Of a stretch of DNA of 16,656 nucleotides, positions 7,998 to 15,128 are shown piece by piece; the stretch's first letter is position 1; each line of letters starts with the position of its first letter. The stretch lies in contig CAYVGZ010000029.1 of the NCBI GenBank assembly GCA_964450845.1, forward strand, positions 1 through 16,656, given 5' to 3'. The notes under the pieces are model-generated. The model was not told the origin of the DNA. It did not search any database and saw only the letters and a program-made list of their open reading frames with translations. The position numbers and the translations under genes are program-made. The stretch is from an uncultured Candidatus Bathyarchaeia archaeon (GTDB lineage: Archaea; Thermoproteota; Bathyarchaeia; Bathyarchaeales; Bathycorpusculaceae).

Positions 7998-9215
7998 TCA
8001 TTTGTATGGTATAAAGTCCTTTCCTAGCAGTTCTCTTGCTATGACTATTCTCTGAATGTTTGTTGCTCCTTCCGCTCCAACACAATAGCTCATTATGCCC
8101 CTCAATCCCATTTCTAATGGACACTCTTTCGTGTAACCATACGCACCCAACCAAATCATTGCATGTTTATACACGTCAAACGCAAAGTGCGGTGCAATAA
8201 GCTTGCAAGTGGCAATCATGCGGCTAACTTCTAATGGCGTAAACTTGTTTTCTTTGTAACGTTTGTCTTGCATCCACGCCGTGCGATAGACAAGCGAACG
8301 CAAAGCCTGCAAATGCGCCCAATCATCAGCCAATTCAAACTGTATGCCCTCAAACTTGCCAATTGGTCTGCCAAACGCTTTCCGCTCCTTAATGTAATCC
8401 ATACCGATTTCAAGCGCACGCTGAGCCGCTCCCACGCAAACAGCAGCAATCAAAATCCGCGCATTATCAAACCCTTCCATAGTCAAATAAAAGCCCTTAT
8501 CAACCTCGCCAATACGATAGGAATCTGGCACTTGCACGTCTTTCATCATGAAACCGCCAGTAGAAATCGCCATCCTACCCATATCCTCAAACCGCTTGCT
8601 AATCTCAACGCCCGGAGCATCCATGGGCAAATAGAAACCAGTCATTCCTCGATACATAGCTTCTGGCGGCGCAGGCGAAGTACGGGCTACAACGAAGTAG
8701 CCTCCGCCAAGTTTTTTCGCTTCTTCAGTTCCACTAATGTACATTTTCTCGCCATCAAGAACCCAGCCGTTTCCGTCTCTCCGCGCCGTAGACTTAAAAG
8801 CGGCAACATCCGAGCCACCGCCACTTTCTGTGGAAGCAATACCTATGAACGAGTCGCCCTTGATAGCCTTTCGAATAACAGCCTCACGCACTTGTTCACT
8901 ACAATAGCGGTCAACAACAAAACCCCAAGATGATTCAACAAGCCAAAACACAGGTACGGCAATACTTACATCAGCATAGCCAAGTTCTTCAGCGGCAATA
9001 CATGCCGTAACCCAATCAGCACCAGTTCCACCATGCTCTTGAGGAGCCGTCATAATAAGCAGTCCCATGCCAGCCATGCTCTTCAAAATCTCATTAGGAA
9101 TCTCACCTTTACTGTCCATCTCCCTAATCTTCTCCAAAGGCAAATTCTTCTGGCACCATTCCCGCAGTGCATTGCGGAAAAGCTCTTGCTCTTCAGTGAA
9201 AGAGAAATCAACCAT
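7998..9215 (-). CDS. acd: Acyl-CoA dehydrogenase
   Basis: FSFTEEQELFR, IASTESGGGSDV, LDGEKMYISG, GFDNARILIAA..VG.AQ.AL, Y..ER.AFGRPI..FEG, GAYGY..E, C-terminal GAEGATNIQRIVIAR. SD AAGGTGA 6 nt upstream. Confidence 0.96.
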   Translation of the reverse strand: MVDFSFTEEQELFRNALREWCQKNLPLEKIREMDSKGEIPNEILKSMAGMGLLIMTAPQEHGGTGADWVTACIAAEELGYADVSIAVPVFWLVESSWGFVVDRYCSEQVREAVIRKAIKGDSFIGIASTESGGGSDVAAFKSTARRDGNGWVLDGEKMYISGTEEAKKLGGGYFVVARTSPAPPEAMYRGMTGFYLPMDAPGVEISKRFEDMGRMAISTGGFMMKDVQVPDSYRIGEVDKGFYLTMEGFDNARILIAAVCVGAAQRALEIGMDYIKERKAFGRPIGKFEGIQFELADDWAHLQALRSLVYRTAWMQDKRYKENKFTPLEVSRMIATCKLIAPHFAFDVYKHAMIWLGAYGYTKECPLEMGLRGIMSYCVGAEGATNIQRIVIARELLGKDFIPYK

Positions 9216-9221
9216 AACATT

Positions 9222-9266
9222 TCACCTTGAAGTCTTAACTTTTGAAGTCTCTAAATATAAAAGTTA
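9222..9266 (-). promoter_or_regulatory. acd promoter: TATA, SD and repeats
   Basis: Minus-strand TTTATATT at 9254-9261 and SD at 9222-9228. Direct repeat TTGAAGTCT at 9227-9235 and 9242-9250. Inverted repeat TAACTTTT (9236-9243) / AAAAGTTA (9259-9266). Confidence 0.6.
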
Positions 9267-9340
9267 TTCAACCTCCAAGGAAAAACTTCCGACAAAAACC
9301 GTTAAAAATCTTGAATATGCTGCAATTCAGGTTTTCTTGC

Positions 9341-9571
9341 TCAATGTGTAGTAATGAACCATGTGCAACGTTTTTTCCTTTCCATGCATCCAAGCTTTAA
9401 TTTGCTCTCGCCATGTTTGGCCTCACTGTACCAGCCGAAGAGAGGACACATGACCCAAGTAGATTCATCATCGTACTTGATGACTTTGACATTGTGGACA
9501 ACATGGTTGGTGCATGTAAACTTTCTTACTCCAACAATTTTCGGTTTCTGTATAGTTTCTAGTTGGGTCAT
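9341..9571 (-). CDS. Small hypothetical Cys/His-containing protein, 76 aa
   Basis: MTQLETIQKPKIVGVRKFTCTNHVVHNVKVIKYDDESTWVMCPLFGWYSEAKHGESKLKLGCMERKKRCTWFITTH. Co-oriented with hdr and acd and preceded by TATA elements. The track's longer 9727 start reads through the AT-rich promoter and looks spurious. Confidence 0.6.
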   Translation of the reverse strand: MTQLETIQKPKIVGVRKFTCTNHVVHNVKVIKYDDESTWVMCPLFGWYSEAKHGESKLKLGCMERKKRCTWFITTH

Positions 9572-9605
9572 TTTGTTCACAATTGATATATAGCTTTGGC
9601 AGTGA

Positions 9606-9626
9606 TATATGCAAATTGCATATAAA
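9606..9626. promoter_or_regulatory. Perfect 9-1-9 palindrome overlapping a TATA box (candidate operator)
   Basis: TATATGCAA-A-TTGCATATA at 9606-9624 overlaps minus-strand TTTATATG (9619-9626). Confidence 0.6.
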
Positions 9627-9757
9627 GTAAATACTAGTACATACTCTGTAGCCACAAAAAATGTCCATCCTTCATATGCGTAAGTTGCGTTACAAACGCT
9701 GCTAAAGTGGAAGGACGGATCCAGCACTAATTTTGCATGTTCCGAAGCCGAAGTTCA

Positions 9758-10633
9758 CTAAGTCGGAATTCGCGCCAGAAATTGATCGACTGGACTTTGA
9801 TTAAGATGAAGACCAAGTCTTTTTTGTTCAATGCTCAGAGACAAACCAAGCAGTTGCGTGTAGTATAGAACTGGAAGATTGAGCTTCACTCCAACAGTTG
9901 CTTCCGCATCCTTCTGTTTGAAGTCAAACATTAAACCACAATCTGGACAAGAAACAACTAAACCGCCCACCATCAGATTCTGCAAGGCATTTATCTTGGT
10001 GCCGACCAACGAAAGCGCAGAGTCAGGGTGACTATACATCAAGTTTGCCCCGCAACAGTCCAGCTTTTCAGCGTAATCCACAGTTTCTGCTCCAAGAGCA
10101 CGTACTAATTCATCGAGTTTTTTTGGATTTTCGGCATCATCAACTCTTCCAAGGTCGCTGTAACGAATAATCTGGCAACCGACATGAGTTGCTAACTTCA
10201 AATCCCAAAGAGGTTTCCGGACCGCCTTTTTAATCCTGTCCAAGCCAACAAAGTCGTGCAGAAAATCGATTGTGTGCCAAACTTTGACGCCTGAGTTATA
10301 TTCTAATCCTTCCTCCTTCAACAAGCATGTGATTTTTTGGTTGATTTTTCCATTCTTCTCCATAAGATATTTTAACTCAGAAATCACGAAATGGCAACGA
10401 TTACAAGGAACAAGAAGATTATCTAAACCAGTTGTGTTTGCTATGGCTAGAACCCTTGCAGCCAGATAGTTTGCCGCCAAATCGTTCATGCTTTTGGCTG
10501 GGTCTCCGCAACAATTGACTTCAGGCAGGTCTACAAGCTCCACATCCAATTTTGGAAAAGCTTCGCGAACTGACATTTCATAAGCGTATTGACTTGTTAA
10601 TATTCGGCAACCCCAAAAAACAGCAATCTTCAT
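9758..10633 (-). CDS. hdrB: Heterodisulfide reductase subunit B
   Basis: Two complete CCG domains: C9, C41C42, C77xxC80 and C153, C193C194, C229xxC232. Its ATG abuts the hdrC TAA. Confidence 0.96.
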   Translation of the reverse strand: MKIAVFWGCRILTSQYAYEMSVREAFPKLDVELVDLPEVNCCGDPAKSMNDLAANYLAARVLAIANTTGLDNLLVPCNRCHFVISELKYLMEKNGKINQKITCLLKEEGLEYNSGVKVWHTIDFLHDFVGLDRIKKAVRKPLWDLKLATHVGCQIIRYSDLGRVDDAENPKKLDELVRALGAETVDYAEKLDCCGANLMYSHPDSALSLVGTKINALQNLMVGGLVVSCPDCGLMFDFKQKDAEATVGVKLNLPVLYYTQLLGLSLSIEQKRLGLHLNQSPVDQFLARIPT

Positions 10634-11143
10634 TTACCGTTCCTCCATAGCCTTCATAAACGTGGCTTGAAAACTTTCTTTTGGACGAATGATTCTCGGC
10701 AGTTTCAAGCTTTCACGATCAAGCGTTTCCATTTTTTTAGTGACAACTTTCTGAACGGATTCCGCTAATCCAGTTTCGATAATCTGTGAAACAGCTTTCA
10801 AGTAGCCCTCAGGAACCCTCGCTTCCCTTTCAACAGCAAGATTCCTCAGAGCCATTATAACATGATAGGGTGAAGCCTTCTGCGGACACCTCTGCAAACA
10901 TTTCAAACATGTTGCACAAGTCCAAATGATGTCAGACGATGCCAACTCATCAACAAAACCCAAGTTAACAAGTTTCACTATTTCATGAGGCTTCAACTCT
11001 AGAAGCTTCAGAGCTGTGCATCCGCTTGTGCATTTTACACATTGAAAACAGTTGACAAGTTCCTTTTCGACCAGCTTTGCCAAAATCTTTTCTCTCGATT
11101 CTAGGTTAGGCTTAGCCATTGACATCAGGTCTGTTAGACTCAT
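10634..11143 (-). CDS. hdrC: Heterodisulfide reductase subunit C
   Basis: Two 4Fe-4S motifs, CFQCVKCTSGC and IWTCATCLKCLQRCP, then ALRN.A. SD GGAGG lies in the last codons of hdrA. Confidence 0.95.
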   Translation of the reverse strand: MSLTDLMSMAKPNLESREKILAKLVEKELVNCFQCVKCTSGCTALKLLELKPHEIVKLVNLGFVDELASSDIIWTCATCLKCLQRCPQKASPYHVIMALRNLAVEREARVPEGYLKAVSQIIETGLAESVQKVVTKKMETLDRESLKLPRIIRPKESFQATFMKAMEER

Positions 11144-11145
11144 GT

Positions 11146-14100
11146 TCAGCTGCCTCCTTTTGCACTTGGTTCAATGCATGCTGCTTGAATTTGAGCCAAA
11201 ACTTGCTCATCACTGTAATGTTTCATTTTGATGGCTTTAGTCGGACAAACTGAAACGCACATGCCGCAGCCTTGACACATGGCTTCTACAACTTCGGCTT
11301 TATACTTTTCAATTCCTTTTTCGCTTTGCGTTTTTATTTCTATGGCAAGGAATGGACAGAGGGATTCACAAACTCGGCAGCCGCTACACAAATCTTCGTC
11401 AACAATGGCTTTCAGAGGCTCAAGCTCAATTTCTCCGCTTGCCAACAAATCTATGGCTTTTGCTGCTGCTCCGCTCGCCTGAGCGACGGTGTCAGGAATA
11501 TCTTTCGGTCCTTGACATGTACCCGCAAGAAAGATGCCACCTATCGCACTCTCAAGTGGTCGCAACTTCGGGTGCGCTTCCAATAAGAAACCGTCGGCAC
11601 TTCTCGAAACATGAAACAGCGTGCTGGTTTCGCCGAGGTCACTGTTTGGAACAAGCCCATTAGCCAGAACAACTAGATCGGATCGCAGTTCAAGAAGCTT
11701 ATTCGTGCCTTTATCGTAAACATCGAAACGAAGTGAACGATTAGCATCTAAGCGAATATCGGAAGGCAACCCCACAATGAAGTTTATATCCATATCTTTT
11801 GCCCGTCGGTAGAATTCTTCATAGCCTTTACCGAAAGCTCGCATATCATTAAAGCATACATAAATCTCCACATCTTTTCCAAGTTTCTCTCGTGCCAGAA
11901 TCGCCTGTTTCAGCGTTGCCATGCATCCTATTCGGCAACAATATTCATGAAACCTTTTGTCTCGTGATCCTACACATTGGATGAAAACTGCACTTTTTGG
12001 TGATTTTCCATCTTCTGGACAAAGAATTTTTCCGCCAGTTGCGCCAGACGCACTGCACAGTCTTTCAAATTGAAGATTCGTAATTATGTTCTTCGATTTG
12101 CCGAAACCAAATTCAGGGATATTCGTAGCGTCAAACAATTCACTACCAGTTGCTATTATTACTCCTCCAACTTTAACTGTCATCCTTTGAAAACCCTGCT
12201 CGTGATTGATTGCCTTTGCTTCGCATATTTTTTCGCATTCCAAGCATTCGCAACAGCCACCGCAGGCAAGGCAACGTTTCGCTTCTGCGATAGCCATTTC
12301 CTCAGTAAAGCCAAGCTCAACTTCCTCAAAACTTCGAATCCTACTTTCAACTGGCAACGTTGGCATTACTTGTCTATTCTTCTTTTTAATGTCTTCCCTT
12401 GGCTTTGTCTGAACTGGAGTAAGTTCTTCCCTGCCCAAAGTTTTCAATTTTATTCCCTGTAGATATTGGTGAATAGAAAAGGCTGCTCTTTTTCCGTCAG
12501 CAATAGCTTCGACGACCGTTGCTGGACCTAATACTGCATCTCCGCCCGCAAATACTTGTGGTATACTTGTTTGAAGCGTGACTGGGTCGACGCCTACAGT
12601 AGCGTGGCTCACATTTATTCCCTCAGGCAGAAAGGCAGTGTCAACGACCTGACCGATTGCAGGAACCACAGTATCTGCTTCAATAATGTGTTCTGACCCT
12701 TCGATTGGCACAGGTTTTCTTCTTCCTGTTTCGTCGGGTTCTGTGAGGCTCATCTGAAGGCATTCAATTGCAGTAACTTTCTCATTTTCGCCAATAATTC
12801 TCCTCGGAGCTTTGAGAAACAAAAATTCGATGCCCTCCTTTTCAGCTTGCTCGACTTCAGGTTGAAAAGCGGGCATTTCCTCCTTTGATCTTCTATATAT
12901 GACGCATACTTTCTTGGCGCCAAGTCGAAGCGCAGTTCTTGAAACATCTATCGCAACATTTCCGCCTCCGATGACAGCAACTCGGTTGCCAATTGCAACC
13001 TTTTTTCCCGAGTTCACGTCTCTTAAGAAATCAATAGCCTGAACGACTCCTTGTAGTTGCTCTCCCTCAATTCCCATCTTTAGGCTCTTCCAAGCACCAA
13101 TCGCAAGAAATATCGCCTTATACCCAGTCTTCTTCAAGCTTTCCATTGTCACAGTGTCGCCAAAAGTAACATTTGTGCGAATTTCAACACCTAAATCCTT
13201 CAAATACTGAATTTCTCTCGCCAAGATTTCTTTAGAAAGTCTATAAGTAGGTATACCAAACCTAAGCATTCCACCTGGTTCTGGGAGTGCCTCAAAAACC
13301 GTTACAGGGTAGCCCAATTTCACCAGCTCGTACGCTGCAGCAAGCCCGGCTGGACCAGAACCTATTATTGCGATTTTTTTTCTATATTTCTGAGGACACT
13401 TTGCGGGTTTTTCTTTTGATTGTTTCATCTGATTATCGGCTATAAAACGTTTAAGGGCGCATATGGCTATCGGTTCTTCAACTTCGCCCCTTTCGCACTC
13501 ATTTTCGCACGGATGGAAACAAACTCTCCCTAACACAGCAGGGAGGGGAACAGATTTCTGGATTAGTTCATAGGCTTCCTTGAACTTTCCTTCCGCTATT
13601 AGAGCTAGATATCCTTGCACATTCACGCCAGCAGGGCAAGTGGCAGTACATCTGGGAACACCCTTCTTGTCGATGGTGTAAACATTTGGACACGCTTGCG
13701 GAAATGGTCTATAAATCGCATTTCTTGTCCCAAGTCCCAACTCAAACTCGTTGACAAGAATAATTGGACATACTTTTGCGCATTCACCACATCCAGTGCA
13801 TTTTGTCTCGTCAACATACCGGGGGTTCTTTAGTATCGTGACCTCGTAGTTGCCAACGTAGCCTGTAACGTTTTCCACTTCTGCGTAAGTTACCAATTTT
13901 ATGCTCGGGTGCCTTGCTACTTCAGTCATTTTTGGCGTTAGTATGCAAGCGCTGCAGTCAAGAGTTGGAAAGGTCTTGTCTAATAGTGCCATTTTTCCAC
14001 CTATGCTCGGTGATTTTTCAACTAGAATAACATTCAAACCCGCATTGGCCAAATCAAGTGAAGCTTGTATACCAGCAATTCCGCCGCCAACTACCAAAAC

Positions 14101-14529
14101 GCTTCTCTCGGCTGGCACCTTGATTCTTTCTAAAGGCTCCAGAAGTTTGGCTCGAGCTACACCCATTCTCACGAGGTCTTTAGCTTTTTCCGTGGCTTTT
14201 TCAGGTTCCTCACTGTGAACCCATGAAACATGTTCTCTCAAATTGACAATCTCAAGCAAGTAAGGATTTAAACCAGCGTCAGCAACTGTTCTCCGAAAAG
14301 TTTCTTCATGCATCCTAGGCGAACATGTTGCAATAACTACTCTGTCAAGGTTATGAGACTTAATGTCATCTTGAATCATGCGTTGCCCAGGCTCAGAGCA
14401 CATGTAAGTATAGTTTCTGGCTATCGCAACATCCGGCAAGTGCTTAGCATACTCTGTGACCTTCTCTACATCAACGACGCCGCCGATGTTTAAGCCACAA
14501 TGACAAACGTAAACACCCACTTTAGGCAT
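11146..14529 (-). CDS. hdrA: Heterodisulfide reductase subunit A with an inserted GltD/NfnB-like NAD(P)H-flavin module (HdrL-like), 1127 aa
   Basis: HdrA core: VYVCHCG, MCS, ATCSP, VVGGGIAG, FPTLDCSACIL, FIQCVGSRD, YCCRIGCM..LK, QGPKDI and two C-terminal ferredoxin motifs. Residues ~290-757 form a GltD-like block: CPA.V.V.GY, LGRVCFHPCENEC, IIGSGPAG, LRFGIP.YRL, VIGGGNVAID, YRRS, FAGGD, EA.RC. Confidence 0.95.
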   Translation of the reverse strand: MPKVGVYVCHCGLNIGGVVDVEKVTEYAKHLPDVAIARNYTYMCSEPGQRMIQDDIKSHNLDRVVIATCSPRMHEETFRRTVADAGLNPYLLEIVNLREHVSWVHSEEPEKATEKAKDLVRMGVARAKLLEPLERIKVPAERSVLVVGGGIAGIQASLDLANAGLNVILVEKSPSIGGKMALLDKTFPTLDCSACILTPKMTEVARHPSIKLVTYAEVENVTGYVGNYEVTILKNPRYVDETKCTGCGECAKVCPIILVNEFELGLGTRNAIYRPFPQACPNVYTIDKKGVPRCTATCPAGVNVQGYLALIAEGKFKEAYELIQKSVPLPAVLGRVCFHPCENECERGEVEEPIAICALKRFIADNQMKQSKEKPAKCPQKYRKKIAIIGSGPAGLAAAYELVKLGYPVTVFEALPEPGGMLRFGIPTYRLSKEILAREIQYLKDLGVEIRTNVTFGDTVTMESLKKTGYKAIFLAIGAWKSLKMGIEGEQLQGVVQAIDFLRDVNSGKKVAIGNRVAVIGGGNVAIDVSRTALRLGAKKVCVIYRRSKEEMPAFQPEVEQAEKEGIEFLFLKAPRRIIGENEKVTAIECLQMSLTEPDETGRRKPVPIEGSEHIIEADTVVPAIGQVVDTAFLPEGINVSHATVGVDPVTLQTSIPQVFAGGDAVLGPATVVEAIADGKRAAFSIHQYLQGIKLKTLGREELTPVQTKPREDIKKKNRQVMPTLPVESRIRSFEEVELGFTEEMAIAEAKRCLACGGCCECLECEKICEAKAINHEQGFQRMTVKVGGVIIATGSELFDATNIPEFGFGKSKNIITNLQFERLCSASGATGGKILCPEDGKSPKSAVFIQCVGSRDKRFHEYCCRIGCMATLKQAILAREKLGKDVEIYVCFNDMRAFGKGYEEFYRRAKDMDINFIVGLPSDIRLDANRSLRFDVYDKGTNKLLELRSDLVVLANGLVPNSDLGETSTLFHVSRSADGFLLEAHPKLRPLESAIGGIFLAGTCQGPKDIPDTVAQASGAAAKAIDLLASGEIELEPLKAIVDEDLCSGCRVCESLCPFLAIEIKTQSEKGIEKYKAEVVEAMCQGCGMCVSVCPTKAIKMKHYSDEQVLAQIQAACIEPSAKGGS

Positions 14530-14575
14530 CTACAAGCCCCATCTGGAAAAATTTATCAAATGCCGCTCTTTATTA

Positions 14576-14593
14576 TTCCTAACGGTTTAGGAA
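14576..14593. promoter_or_regulatory. 7-4-7 inverted repeat upstream of hdrA
   Basis: TTCCTAA-CGGT-TTAGGAA, 47-64 nt upstream of the hdrA ATG, next to a TATA-like TAATAAAG on the minus strand. Confidence 0.45.
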
Positions 14594-14661
14594 ACCAAAA
14601 TTACAATATCAATTACAACGATTTTCTGCCAGATCCTCACCTTACATCTTCAATTGTTACT

Positions 14662-14850
14662 TTAATAGACTGAAACTTTAGCCACTCCATTTATCTTCAG
14701 AAACTCTGGAATTAATTCTCCAGGAATCTTTTTCTCAGCAATCAACGTGAGCTTCGGCTCTGGCGATAATTCGGAATCATCGACAATCGCTTGCTTTATA
14801 CTCAAGCCGTTTTTGGTAGTGATCATAAAGGAGTGCCAAATTATCCACTA
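14662..14850 (-). pseudogene. C-terminal fragment of an archaeal ACT-domain amino-acid-metabolism regulator (COG2150-like)
   Basis: Minus frame 14826->14662 reads MITTKNGLSIKQAIVDDSELSPEPKLTLIAEKKIPGELIPEFLKINGVAKVSVY*. From memory this matches the C-terminus of that family. An in-frame TAG lies 8 codons upstream of the ATG, there is no SD, and no N-terminal part is in frame. Confidence 0.7.
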
Positions 14851-15061
14851 AAGAGTGGCTAGAGGAAATATCAAAAGTTTCTGACAAAAAGAGATGAACG
14901 AGTCTCTAAACAGAATTAAGAACTTAGAAAATGACTTTTCGACATTTTAGAGTTTGTTAACACCAAATAATCAGATATGTAAAGAAACCACAAAAAAGAA
15001 GTTATTACCAAACCTTGCAAGAACTTCTGTGCCATGAAACCACTTGTTTTTCAGCTTAAGG

Positions 15062-15069
15062 TTTATATT
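15062..15069 (+). promoter_or_regulatory. TATA box of the COG2403 gene
   Basis: TTTATATT about 60 nt before ATG 15129, with a GGTGGGG SD-like element in between. Confidence 0.5.
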
Positions 15070-15128
15070 GAATGAATTAAGTAGTATTGAAGCTCGCTCA
15101 ATTGAGGTTTTGGTGGGGAATCGACATA

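Noticed and set aside
8268-8933. 221-aa + strand ORF, and the other overlapping ORFs within etf, the IPCT/DIPPS gene, acd and hdr
   Set aside because: They lie antisense or out of frame within well-supported genes, have no RBS or motifs, and have low-complexity Ser/Phe/Arg composition.
9572-9727. N-terminal 52-aa extension of the small ORF given by the track
   Set aside because: It reads through TATA boxes and the palindrome, with atypical composition, so ATG 9571 is preferred.
13940-13960. Possible selenocysteine in HdrA, as in some archaea
   Set aside because: The region reads DCSAC with ordinary Cys codons and the ORF has no in-frame TGA.
9758-14529. hdrABC as evidence of methanogenesis
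   Set aside because: No mcr, mtr or mvh gene is in the window, and HdrABC is widespread in non-methanogens.
14894-14950. 18-codon + strand ORF MNESLNRIKNLENDFSTF
   Set aside because: Too short, with an in-frame stop just upstream and no RBS.
15087-15128. TTG-initiated extension of the COG2403 gene
   Set aside because: It starts about at the predicted TSS and contains the SD-like element. The family N-terminus begins at ATG 15129.
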